A stretch of DNA of 64,000 nucleotides, taken from Phoronis australis (lineage: Eukaryota; Animalia; Phoronida). The translations under genes and the position numbers were made by a program. This document shows positions 50,395-63,206 of the stretch, in pieces. Below the pieces are notes generated by a model that saw only the letters and a program-made list of their open reading frames with translations, had not been told where the DNA came from and ran no database searches. The stretch covers positions 703,761 to 767,760 of the forward strand of contig NMRA01000162.1 in assembly GCA_002633005.1 (NCBI GenBank), written 5' to 3'. The stretch's first letter is position 1. Every line of letters starts with the position of its first letter.

Positions 50395-50562
50395 ACTAAC
50401 GTTTATAAGTACACTGTGTCTGTTGTGAAAGGCCAGACCATAGTGGGACAAGTGCCTCGTGGTATCTGCAAAATTCTTGACTTCTTCATGAAGCACTGCG
50501 GAAATTTGAAGTTTATATTCACGGCTAAATACCGAAATAGCGGCGACGCGCGTGGTCTATAA
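50395..50562 (+). pseudogene. HIRAN-like domain remnant
   Basis: Continuous frame TNVYKYTVSVVKGQTIVGQVPRGICKILDFFMKHCGNLKFIFTAKYRNSGDARGL*, compared with the invertebrate HIRAN-like pattern N..D.YAVAV.K...IVGHVPR.IS.....F...GG......TG..R.S....GLEIP. Confidence 0.6.
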
Positions 50563-52842
50563 ATTTGGGCAAAATGATTTTTTCAGGACTGTCGGATATT
50601 ATTGATAAATTGAAGACGTTACTGTAGAATTTTAGGAGAGGTGTTTTTCAAATGTATACACGTGGGCACTTATTTTTGTGTTTTCTGAAAACGCGGGTGG
50701 GGCGCTTATAGGGGCATTGGCGCTTTTCGGGGCATGGACGCTTATAGCGGCATGGACGCTCATAGGGGCATGGACGCTAATAGGGGCATGGACGCTTATA
50801 GGGGCATGGGCGCTCATTAGGACAGATACGGTAATTGTTACACGGTGAATTACTAATATGACTATATTGAATGTGTGGATCTATTGAAAAAGTTCACAAT
50901 GGTTTAGGTCTGTACTTGGGGAGAAAGTTTTCCGATATGCAGAAATGATTGAATACACGACGTTTTTGGTTACTGACAGTTTTTAAGCTACCAGAGGAAC
51001 GTGAAATCTATGTGAACCTATCTGTCTGTGATGTGGTCGCTGCAGACAAGGAATTTCTCGCATTGGGCATTAATGTTCATTTTAGAGCCAAGTTTGACAC
51101 CAAAAAAATTGAGTTGGAAAATTTGTATAATGATATTTTGCGATTGAAAGCTTATGGGTTTCTCAGTGTTACCACTAACATACATGTATGAGAACAGCTT
51201 CACTCTGAAGGCACTAAGAGTCGCAACAAAAATCATCAGTGTGATCTCTCCAGCCGTCTGTTATAGATGCTTCCAAAGGCTTTAAAAAGAAATGATAATA
51301 TCGTTATTCCCCGAGATGTCTTCTCAGTATCATGTTATTTTAAACAAAGATGACTATTCCTATAGTCTATTAGTAGTATGTGACCCTAAAAATTAATCAG
51401 CATTAGTCGGGCATCCCTCATTGAGCTTCAATATACATGAATTCAGTCGTCCAAGGCTATAAATGCTGAGGCTGGTCGACGAATTGTCTACTCTGAGTTC
51501 GAAGGTGACTACTCCGAAGGTTATCTCTATGGTAACCCCAAAATGAACACAAAATTTGTTCCTCTACTGCCGACAATATCCCAAGTGTTGACGCCATCTC
51601 ACAAGACAGCTAAGCATCTTCATAACATCATTCAGAGTCGTTACTCCATTAAATTATTGATATGTTTGGCACACAAGTGTCACCCAACTGCCTATTGTTT
51701 ATTCAAGAGGTAGATCGCATAACACAAACACTGAAACACTGGTGAATAATGGGTACACCAATGCTTTGGTAGACCTCCATATAAAGCGATTCATGTCCAG
51801 AATTAATTGTGAAGTCCGTGCACGTCGGACCGGTGTGACCAAAAACGTTTATTACAAGAAAACATTTTATGAAAATCTTTATGGTCAATGTTAAAGTTTG
51901 TAAGCCCGATGATTACCGCGATTTTATTATTGGAATTGTACGTCCTCCAGCTATGGTCGTGAAACATAACATTTCTAAAGCGGAAGTCCGTCCCGTTGTC
52001 CCGTGTACAGTACTAGTGTTAATGAGTTTGTACATGTATGCCCTATGAACGAATGTCTTCATTAAAATGTCAAACAATGTTGCATTAGTCTCAGACTCAT
52101 CGACTACCGCTGCTTAGTATAGCCCCCATTTGGGGCCCCGTACATTCCAGCAACAATCCATCCGGGAATGCACGCTGCCGGCGAAGAGCGCAGCACTTGT
52201 GCAAAATTGGGTTGTGTCCCAAGACTGAGTGATAGATGGCAGCAGTTTTTGACTCGAGAAGCTTTGTTCGTGAGTAACTAAGACACTGGAAAGTTATGTA
52301 GGGCTTTAGTTATGTGTATGATGTTTTTTGTAGATTTTTCGTCAGCAATGACATAGGCCTACCTACGGATAAAACTGCTAGACTAGTCACTAATGTGACT
52401 TACTAGTTGGTTACACGTGACGGATGAAATGCATGAATTAATTTGTCTATGTTCCTAGCCCCGGGATTTGATCAATCAACATGGGGCCATAGCTTATATG
52501 TGTAAAGAATGGGAGAGAATGTTGGTGTTTGTAATGATGCAAAACTTGTGTAGTATCGCTGCGGGATTTTTGGTTCACGTACTTGTAGCTACGTTCGTGC
52601 AATTGGTCTGTTGCGTTGATATTTATAACCCTGTGACCTACATTCCAAACTTGGTTGACCTATTTTTTCAAAGCAGTGAAAGCCACGTAGCAAATAATTG
52701 TTGAACACCTAAGGGAGTTGTATGTTTCAATTTTGAAGAAAAGTGAAAACTAGAGAGCATTCTGATAAAGTGTTGTTGATAATGTATCATAAACCAAGGA
52801 ATATTCTTATGCCTCACTTGATTAAGTCATACATGTACCTGA

Positions 52843-53208
52843 TTAAATTGGAGCTTCCAGTCCACTGACACTGGGTGTGTCTGTAAACAATGCAACGATT
52901 TTTTTCTCAGCCTCCTCCATGGGTTTGGGGCGAGAGCCTCCTCCCGTTTTCTTCACCTCTCTTTGCAGTGGGTTCTCTGATGCTCTCGCCCCAGACACCA
53001 TGTGCCTCCACTTTTCCTTTGTGTCATATGCTGTTCTGTTTGCTGTTCCCTGACTTGTGATTTTGGAAGTTATATCAGAGTTCTGTTCGGCCTTCGTCAC
53101 CTTCTGACTGAACTTGCTGTTAATTACATGCAAGTTTGACTCGGCAAGCTCAGTCAGAATGTTGATTTAGTGCTTTGTCCAGTTACAAGATTTTTTCTTT
53201 ACAGCCAT
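52843..53208 (-). pseudogene. Harbinger Myb/SANT-like protein, copy 2 (stop codon and small deletion)
   Basis: Near-identical to 21883-22233 but disrupted. Confidence 0.85.
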
Positions 53209-56164
53209 TTTGTCTGTGCCATGGTAACAGGAATTATGGGTATTGCCTTATATGGTATCCAATTTGGCTATCCACCTGATAACATAGATATCCGCCGGAT
53301 AGTTATCCGAACCTTTTCCAAGCTTTGTGCAACCCAAATTTATACGCCGGATAACTACCCGGTGTATAAGTCTTATCCGGCGTATAAGCTCTTATCCGCC
53401 GGATAGTCATAAAGACTTTTATGCAACGGGCCCTTATTATCAGTGGCGCTGTATTTTTTCTTTCTTATTCTCTGGTCGCTCGGTGGTCAGCGGACCTCTC
53501 GGGTCCTTCACGGAGTCTCAAAAAGCGTAAATCTGAATCAACTGTATTTTTTGACTTAAAGTGAATAAAGTGTATTACTACTACTACTACAATCTCTGAT
53601 GTCGGACTTCCGCATCACGTGACATCATAGGCGAAGCGATCTGCTGGCGTAAGGTCAATTCAGTTCTATGCTGGCTGGAGACAGCTTGTTGGAATAAAAT
53701 AAGCTCTGCTCATTATGTAGAGTTGTGCATTGTCTTATCAGCTTAACGAATTAAACAATGAAAAGTTCATGAAAATAATGTATTGTAGTTGCCAGCAATT
53801 TTATCATCTGATAAAAATGTAAATTAATTTGTCATAGAACTTGAACTAAAAAGTTAAAGAACACGATAGCCGGTTAGCCTGAAGTCCAACTTTTATTAGC
53901 ACATTAAGTTTTGTCATATGCACGGTTTGTTCTAGATTGTGATAGCATGGTAGGTTACCCTGTGAATGTTTTGTATTGAAGTTATGTAGAATAAAATTGT
54001 TTTGAATGTCGCGAATCCAAGATTAAAACTTCATTCAAGACAGTAAGTGGAAAACTAACCCAGTGCAGTGCATTCTTGGAGTAAACTTGCAGACTAGTCT
54101 AGCACTTGAATCCTGGATAGTGATTGGTTAAATTTTGAGTTTGTAGACTATTTTCTAGGCTCTGTAAATGAGTCAGTAAGTTTTACAAATCAATGTTGTA
54201 TAAACAGCACGATAGATATCCAGCAAGTTAAATTGTTTTCTACTGATAGATTTTACGAGTATGTTATAAAAAATTGTTGTCTTTAGTGCAGAGTGTGTCT
54301 TCAACAATCGTTGAACTGCATCTCATTAACCTATGCATTCAGTTATCTGAGCTCAGAAACGCGCGTTTGTAATCACAAGACATTATTTGCCTGTGAAGCT
54401 AAGCCAGTAGATCCAGCTAAAGAAGATTAAGTGGCTTGTGGTCTAGCATAGGGCCCTATCACATTGACTTAACTCTTGTCTGAGCGGAGCGTCGACGTAT
54501 ACTGCGAAGTTAACTGGACCGTTCATTCTGGCTTCGGTAGTTAATGAACTTCGAAGTAAACAGTAGATAACGCTGTCGTGATCGAAGGTATCGAAAGGTA
54601 ACACTGCACGCTAAGATGTGACAATTTGGGAACATTTACATGTGTTAATTGACATAAAACTTATTCTTAAATTGATTGGTGATTATTTCTATCTCGAATA
54701 ACCAGGTTGTACTTAGGTTACTTTTTGTGAAACATTTTCGCACCATGGAGTGTATTGCATTTACTGTTATTACGATTGTCAACAAAACGAAACTTTCACT
54801 TTTAAACTGATATTTTTAAGGTTGAAAACCATGATAGGTGATTCTAGGCACTATTTCTAGCATAATGATTGTACTTCCCCAAATCAGATATGTGGCCATT
54901 GTCGATAAACTTTTAGTTACCTGTTACCTTTGATGTTATGCTCTTGTCTCTGCAATTACTCTTGGATTTTTCATATTAAAGATTTGTTATTCTTAGTGTC
55001 ATTGCTGTAATTTTAGTTGAAAAAGTATGTGCTTTTAAAACGTTGACTTTTTGTAGTTCTTCCTGGCTATGTAATCACATTTTCTTTGGTTGTGTTTCAT
55101 GATTTGGTAGTGATTTCTCTGTTTGTACATTCCAGGCTCCCTCAGTTCGCGCATAATTGTCATAGACTGAGAACGATGTAAATATGAATATATTATTAGC
55201 CTCATTTAGTTTTCACTGCATTGTACGCATGACACTTGAAATGTTTCTGGTTTTTAAGATTTTGATATTTTACTCATGTTCGCTTATTTTAAGGAACTAG
55301 TGTATTTTAGGAAGTGCATTTTATTTTCTGCAACTAATCACTGTTAATGAAATGTTAATAAAAATCTAGTTTGTTAAATCCTAAGTATTCCCTAGGGTTC
55401 TATGTGATTCTGTTCATTTAAAGTGTTTGATGCATGGTAGAAGTCAAAATTGTCGTATTTCCACTTAAATGGAAGTTCCGTTTTGGGAAAAATCGCTTCT
55501 AAGGCTGTTGATGTGGTTTCCAGAGCTACCAAACTGTTTTTTCAAAAATACTTTATAATTTTGATAAGCCTTTGTTACATGTAGGTCGTTTCTTAAAAAT
55601 GTCTTAATAAACAACACAAATCTGCTATCATTCGCATTTTATTCATTTAAAATACTCTTTTATCCAAAGTTGTAGTCCAATCCTTTCAATTTCCCTCTGT
55701 ACAAGATAATTTTTGGCTGTCTTCTGTTCCTTTGGGAACAATAACCCCCGACTTATCTGCACACATGTAGCCCAAAACAACTGTGTATTATAAGTAAGTT
55801 GTTGATATGTGGTGCAGATTCACGTAACTATATTTCGAAGGAAAATTTTTTGTTGCATTTTCAGTTTAAAGGTATGCAATAACTATAGTTAATTAATAAA
55901 AGCCTTAACTTTACCGTCTTACGCTGCATCAGTTTAATTTGACTGGTGATTTAACTGAAATGAACTTGGGAGGGATGATGCACTAAATTGTTATCGCAAT
56001 GGAGCCCATTTTGGTATACCAATGTCCAAAGTCCAAGATTGTGAAGCTTGAGACGACCCTTTTTTAAGTTGTAGGTGATACGATTTCGCAGTCAAACGGT
56101 TTCCACACAAAATGTGAATCAAGTCTTTGTGGTTCATCAACTATTAACGAGACTGAAATGGATT

Positions 56165-56980
56165 GCTCTAAGACCCCCTTCGACCCATCGACTCCCACAT
56201 CCACGAAACCCTCGACCCACAAACCCCTCACACCACGATCCACGACCCCTAGTCCCAGCACTCAAAACTCCCCAGACCCGCACTTCACAATAACGACTGG
56301 ATCTGATCATAGAAAAAGCGCTGACTGACAGGACTAACGAGTCGGGTCGTGAGCACGGCTGGCATTTCCGTAATTAATTGCAACCAAGAAAGTCAATTCG
56401 GTGAGTATGAAAGTCAGACAAAAACAACGCAACCAAATCAAATAAAAGACCTACCAACGTTGCAAATGTTCCTCCACGCAAAGTGTAGTCGTGTCGTCTG
56501 CTCTTGAGTGAATGACAGATTTATGTTTTTTGGAGAGTGCAAGGAACCGACGAATGCGTAGTTTGTTCAGCAAATACATTTGAATAAGGGACCTTTCACT
56601 AAAAGAAGTATATTATAAAGGAGTATACAGAAGAAAGAAAAGAAGACAAAAGTGAAAATACGTCCTTTCACGTTAACGTAACCTGTTCATTAGCATAGTG
56701 GTACAGGCCCATTGGTAGCCGCTCTTGGCAAGGATAGCAAGGGCACAATTCGCTATTTCAGATCATGTTCTTACATCAACTTCCTGTTTTACACTCCAGA
56801 CTTGAGCCACAGCAGATTCACCTGTAGGTAAATTTTATGGGAGTCATTCAGCGACACATTGTGATTACGAAATGTGTAAAAAGCGCAAAGATACATCTAT
56901 TGCCACAGGTCGTTGGTCGAGTGGATTGTGGGCGGAGGGTCGTGGGTTTTGTGGGTCGAGGAGGTCATGGACTTAGGGGT
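56165..56980. mobile_element. Putative TIR element with TCGACCC-rich inverted ends
   Basis: The C-rich CCTCGACCCACAAACCC tract at 56170-56290 is mirrored by GGGTTTTGTGGGTCGAGG at 56905-56980; the interior is related to 8236-9085. Confidence 0.5.
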
Positions 56981-58849
56981 TTTCAAACCAATACGCCTGA
57001 AATGAGTTCTCCCACGTCCGTGTAATTCCGTATCACAGTGAAACTTTTCTAATAAAATACTTAAGTCGAGAAAATGATTCCTGCATTTTTATATCCTCAT
57101 GTTTTTTAAACCACATAAGGATTGATAAGAACTGCTGTACCCACTTTTCACAGAAAAATGACAACCTGTTCTTCGATGAAAAGAATAAAAATCTGACCCC
57201 GCAAACCACCCATTTCCATCTCGCTTGCTGTCGTAAAATCAAGATCCTACTAATAACATATTTGTTTCTTGTTGTGGGCAACCTTTTTCCAACTATGGTC
57301 TTTTAACTCACCTAAAGATTCGGCAACTGGTATCGGTATAACATAGTATGCAAGCAATTTTCAACTTTGGTCCAAACATGTGCGTGTTGACGGTGAGTGG
57401 CTTTAGTTCATGTAGGTCAATAAACCAAAGTCAATTTTCATTCTCATTATAAACAGAGACCTAATTTATCACCATTTTGACAAATATCGAATATTTTAGA
57501 GCATTATCCCGAAGGTTTTTGGGCACTAAACGGTAATCGTTTTCCTTAAGTGCCACATAGCTCTATGGGTATCCTCATGCTTGGAAATGGCCGTCTGGCA
57601 GGTTCACTCTGGTGGGTGTGGTCAAAGGAGCCAAGGGAATGACGTACAAAAAATGAGTTAGATCATTATTCATGGCAACAACTCAAAACTGCTTACAATA
57701 TCTTCTACGTAGTCCCCTGTATCAAAAATTGCCACTGCCACCCACATTCAGTGGTGGGAAGTATAAGCTAGACGGCTATAAACACCCGCCAAAATCCCAC
57801 AACTCCCTGCTTGACCAGGGGAGATAACACTCATAATACCCCGCTAGTCGAAGTAAACCTGGGGTTTTTCCTAACTAATAACATAACATACTTAACTACC
57901 AAAACAATCTAACACGAAATCAAGTACATTAGCAAATACAATGATGTGGTATCGGTAACGTATCATTATTCAAGACCAATATGATTACATAGCACAGAAC
58001 CCAGAACCAGCATCTATGATTCGTTAACCACACAAGTAATAAGTTTCACACCTGAAGCACATGTTCACATTATAACAATGTTGAGTTAAACATGTAGGTA
58101 CTACACAAGGCAAAAGATGATGACACACAGGTAAACCAAAGTCCTGTCTCATACACAACAACTTGTGTCAACTGTCATTTCCTACCAAAATTTTCAGTGC
58201 TCTATGTTAATCTCTCGACAGATTGCAGGAACCATTACAAGTTACTTATAACGAATGTCACACAAAACTTCTAGCAAAGGACACGGTAAATATAACTTAA
58301 CTACACTCTTAATGTACCATACACAAATTTGGCAAATTTCTCTGGTGTACCAATGCATCTCACTCTCATGTTCTCAATGACCATTGCAGCCAGATTATCA
58401 CAATTCTTTTCATTGTGAGGATCCCTTCAAAAACACAGTTCTCCATGAAGCAGCGGTAATGACAACAAGAGGCGAAGTTGTCCCGCTTGAAACTTGGCCC
58501 TGACTATAGTATATGAGACTTCATCAGACGGAGATTTTGCAACGCCTGTGACAATCTAACCTTCTGCTTGTTAGACAAAGTGCCTGGACATGCCAAATCA
58601 TTATTAGTGTTCATGTGTAGTTCATGTTTTTTCAAGTCAATGGGCTGGATTTGGGTTGTAAAACAAAAATCTGAGTCATCATAACCAAGTTCCTTGCCAG
58701 TTTCATCTACAACGCAAAACTTGAGCGCCGTTTGAGAAGCCATGTTCATTTGATCCTGGCAACCAGTTACTGCATCATTAACAGCCAATGTCTCCCGCAA
58801 CTTTTGCAGGTTAGAAATGTTTTGCGTTTCAGATGCCCTAAGAAAGGCC

Positions 58850-60815
58850 GGTTTAATTCTGATAATGTGAAAAACGTCACGCAAGACTCGACCTCGAAGA
58901 TCTGCTAGAAGGACGTGTCGAATCTAAAACCTGGTGAATCACAAATGGTCCTACATACTTAGCTGTGAATTTCTTAGCATTAGATGTCATACTAGAACTA
59001 TCGGATTTGCGTAAGTAAACTAGCTGTTCTGCTCCACCCTCTGTGAGATTTTCTCATTCTGAAATTTTTGTTTCAATGCGCTGCATAGAATGTCCATCAC
59101 TTTGCCAATCAGCGACGACTGCGCATCACTAACCATAACTTCAGGAATCCCGAAACAGCAAGCAATGCGTTGAATAAGGCGCGTCAAGCGTTTTCAAAGG
59201 AACACAAACGGTGTATCTAGTAATGCCACAAGTAGTAACCATTAACCATAACTACCCTGACTTCGACTTGACTATCTCCTTAAAATCCAAGGATATTGCC
59301 TGGAAGGGACAATATGAAACAGGTATACGTTCATGAAAAGGTCTTAGAATATCAGTCTTACCAATGAATTCTTGGCATCGTGCACAAGACTGGACATAGG
59401 ACACAATGCGTTGATACATGTTGGGGAAATAGAACAGTTTTCGCATAGTGAGATAAGTTCTCACACAACCCTGATGATTACTCAAAAGAGAATCATGGTA
59501 CTTCGATATCAATGGGTCTATGAACTTTTCAGGGATCACAAGCTGCAGACAAAAACGATCCTGACCCTTTGGGAAGAGCAACCTAAAAAGTAGGCCATCA
59601 CACAACAAGTACTGTTCTGAACTAAGCGTGATAGATCCAGCAACCTTTTTGTCACTGGGTAAGATATTGTGCGCTAAACAATCGTAAATAGGCTTAAAAT
59701 GTGGCGAAGCCATTTAGGCCAAACGGAACTGTTGAGCCTCAAAAGGAAGATTGTAGTCACGAAGTATCTTCCGATTAATAATCTTGAGAACTTTGTTAAG
59801 CTCACGTTGGTTTGGAATATGTTGTGCAGTCATGTCAGCGGTATCGGACACCAAAGATTTTGGCTTTTGTAGAAACTCTGGAACTTCCTCACTACAAATT
59901 TCCTTTTGTACACTAACCCTAGTGGATACCACGTTATTGACCAACCTAGGTTCAGAAGCTACTGACTAGGCTGTAAATCTGTCCTAGTATTGACTCGACT
60001 AAGTACAGGCAAACTAGCACAAAATAGGATAGGTTGACTATCAGGTTCCACAGGAGTTGTCAACATATCGTTAACTGGTGGGTGATTTCTAGCACGTGAA
60101 GAAGGAGCTATCACGTCGTTACCTGACAGTGGTGTACTGGACGGAGTACCTGAGATATCTGGACTGTCTGGGCCTGATTCAGGTGAAGTGCTGTGTCAGG
60201 ACACTGAGCTGGAACAGGGTGTGTTCTCGGGAAAAATGGGTTTAATTGGTATCCGATTCTTCGTGGCGAATGCTCTAGTGACTGGTCTTTCAACAGGGGA
60301 TGGTCTGAAGGGGAAAGCATGATCATTTGAGAAGATACCACTCAACTGCCCAGGCATTGCAAGAGGCATAATTTGTTCAAGTTCGTTTTCATCACCCCGG
60401 GGGCAGCGGCTTAAAAATCAGAAATAAACATATCAGCACCTTTCTTGTAAGACAACTCAAATGAGTACCGAGACAATCGTTCAAGTAGTTTTTGCAACCG
60501 AAGAGTTGGTGGTTGAGTCTTCGAATTATAAATTTGGACAAGAGATGAATGGTCAACATAGCAATTGAATGATCGGTACTGCAGGTAGTACTTCCAACCA
60601 GTAATGTTGACAAGGAGACCTGTCAGTTTAAGCTCACTGACACTATATCTTAGAGTAGGAGTAGGTGAGAGCTTACTCTAATAACCAATCACCCTTTGTT
60701 CACCTTCAATATCCTGCATCAAAACAGAGCCACTACCTGACCGAGATGTGTCACTATAAAGATGAACCTCTCCATCTCCCTGTGGAGCACACAAGACAGG
60801 AGGAGAAGAAGTTAT
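58850..60815 (-). pseudogene. Gypsy RNase H and integrase remnants
   Basis: PPVLCAP...HLYSDTSRSGSGSVLMQ....RVIGY, YSVSEL and YVDHSSL; YHDSLLSNHQGCVRTY......YFPNM...IVSYVQSCARCQ. Confidence 0.85.
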
Positions 60816-61507
60816 ACAGTAATAAACAATAATTATCTGTGGTAAAGCGCAATATACAGCGTGATGAAGTGATGATCAAGAGCAATAACGGATGAGCGCA
60901 AATGCTTGCTGCTTGTTGAGCATTCCGCAGCATGAGGTCGTAAAATATCATGTGTTGTATTCTGATTTTTATGCAATTTTGCTGTAAATTTCAAACTTCG
61001 TGCTTGTTTTGATGCATAATGTACTGTATAAAAAGTCTCATATCTAAAGTTAGAAATTATGCTTCCGCGATATCACTTGACGTTTGATTTTACCAGGCCG
61101 TCATTAATTCAACATAAGGTTTTAGGCTGGTGTAATGTCACGCACTTCGTATTTGTAGATTGATTCGATTTTACCTCCATTCAATAGTTGAACAAAAGTT
61201 GATAAACCGATGTCAAGACCGGAGTTGCCACTGGTAAACGAACAGCGAACAGTTAAATGTTTGTTTGTCCAATGTTCACCCGCTAAGTCATAAAATGGTA
61301 ATTGCGGACCAAGGAAACGCTTAATCCGAATTGGTCGTCTACGCTTGGCGACCACTTAGCCGAACCAAGTGCCGACCACAGAGGCCACTCAGCAGACGGC
61401 TCCTAGCCGACCGTTGTTGGTTGGCTGCTGGTCGGCTAGACGACCGGTCAACGGCCGGACGTCGACCAATTTCCGACCGGTCGGACAAAAATTCGTGATG
61501 TGTGCTG
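60816..61507 (+). mobile_element. Right part of the CAGCACACATCACG-TIR element inserted in the Gypsy pol
   Basis: Homologous to 10930-11410 and ends in GTCGGACAAAAATTCGTGATGTGTGCTG. The left TIR is absent. Confidence 0.75.
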
Positions 61508-61999
61508 TGCACTCATCTCTATCTAGCTGAATGGGGGTGTTTGGTCAACACCTCATACTGGATGTCAGATTTGAATTCTTCTCTGGAAATGAAAGCCTCC
61601 AAGGTGTGCATGGGACACATACGCCAACCTACTCAAATCTGTTAAGCCAATAGATTTGTTAGCACGAATATGTAAATCACGACAAGTTAGTTATGGGAAC
61701 AGTACAGCTGCCGCGTCTGAGCTTGACAATCATGTGGTCAGGACAATACTCGTGTAGACTAGGAGAGGTGTGGTAGAAAACTTCTGAATGTTTAACGATT
61801 TTTGGTAGTTTGCCCCTAACGGTAATGTACAGACTACCACCAGGTGGAATAACCTCATTTCATACGGGTCGAAACCAAACCTTGCGAGGTTTTACTCTGA
61901 CGATATGTGTCTGGACGTCCATCGATGACCGTAGTGCGCCTAAAGAGGAGTCACCTATCAAGAGATCAGGGTCTGTTAGGTTACTAACGATTCACGCAT

Positions 62000-63206
62000 C
62001 TATCTGAAAACTACACTATGACCCTGTATGCTTACTGTGAAATCAATTCTCCTAGTAGATACCAAATAATCACCAGTGCCACCCTTAAATCTACGTTCAA
62101 CTGTCTTAACTTGAGGTAACCTAGACAAATACTTCAAATACTTAGATCTAGCAATACAGTATTCTGACACAATACTTCGTGTAGCTCCCGAATCAAATAA
62201 AATCAGTAAGTGTTCCCTATCCCCAACAGTCCCTTTTGCAAAGTTACGACTTGTTAATTGAATATTACATGAATTCTCGCCAAGAAACTCTGAACAATCC
62301 TCGTCGGCAACGGGAAATTCACTTGGTCCGGATGAATCACCCCTTAACGAAAAATTGTCGGCTAATACGGCAGTTGAACTCCATGACATTTCTTCCATGT
62401 CTGTCCGAACTTTTCACAATGGTAACACTGCTGCTGGTTACTCGGCTTATAAGTCTGACTTGACTAACTGCGATGCCTCAGTTGGTTTGGCCTGGAGTCG
62501 TCACCTCTATGACGTGGCGATTGAGACTGTTCACGTCGGCAATACCCATGGTGCGGCGATCGAGACTGACGGTGCCCACGGTGTGGCGATCGAGACTCAT
62601 CTCGGTGTGGCTGACTAAAATGATCTGAAGTATTCTGAGTTGCCATAACGACATCGGAAAATGTCACTTCCTGATTGGAATGTGCATGTACATCCATGAA
62701 GCGCTGTGCCAATGTGGCGACTGTCTTCGCATCGGCGTCTGGTGGTTCTGTCATGACCACAGCCCTCTGGCATTCCAATGGTAATGAGTAAAGAAGTTTC
62801 GTCTCAATATGTTGATCATTGCAGCCAATGCGAAGGGCTGCCGAGCGTAGCTTCTGTAAATACTCTTTAATATTCATACCTTTGTTAAACTTTATGTTAT
62901 TATAGTGCTAGATCATGGCGTATTCGGATCGATTTTCACAGAATCGTTCGAAGAACTGTTTTTCCAAGTCTTCTAAGTACTCGTCATGCTCTGCGCCCAC
63001 AAACGGTCTTGTCCCCATAGGGACAAACGGAAGCGGAGGCAAATGTCTGCAAGATCTTTCGTCTCTGTTTTGCTCGACAAACCATGAATGTGCAAGTAGT
63101 CTTGGAACTGTAGGCAATGTGTTTGCACAGTCTCAAACGAGCCATTGTCTCCTGTAAACTTTGGTTCCGGTAAAAACTCCGACGCTTTCAGTTTTCCTTC
63201 CTCCAT
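62000..63206 (-). pseudogene. Gypsy gag and aspartic protease remnants
   Basis: FLPEPKFTG, FQDYL, RFRLSL.G..RLW, IKEYLQKLRSAA..IG, an RS-rich linker and LILFDSGATRSIVS. Confidence 0.8.

Larger units (their letters stand above)
47511..53432 (+). mobile_element. Composite PIF/Harbinger DNA transposon, copy 2
   Basis: CTG|AGCCCGGTTGCATAAAA ... TTTTATGCAACGGGCC|CTT. Colinear with copy 1 including all three passengers; flanks are unrelated to those of copy 1. Confidence 0.9.

Noticed and set aside
50695-50820. Regular 18-bp repeats (also 20048-20130) resembling a CRISPR array
   Set aside because: Head-to-tail tandem units with no unique spacers and no cas genes, in a eukaryotic context; these are subterminal repeats of a TIR element.
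17767-53432. Segmental duplication as the explanation for the two Harbinger-region copies
   Set aside because: Similarity stops at the TIRs on both sides and the flanks are unrelated.
53600-53656. ETS, E-box and CRE-like motif cluster followed by GTAAGG
   Set aside because: Short motifs with no supporting exon or ORF; could easily be chance.
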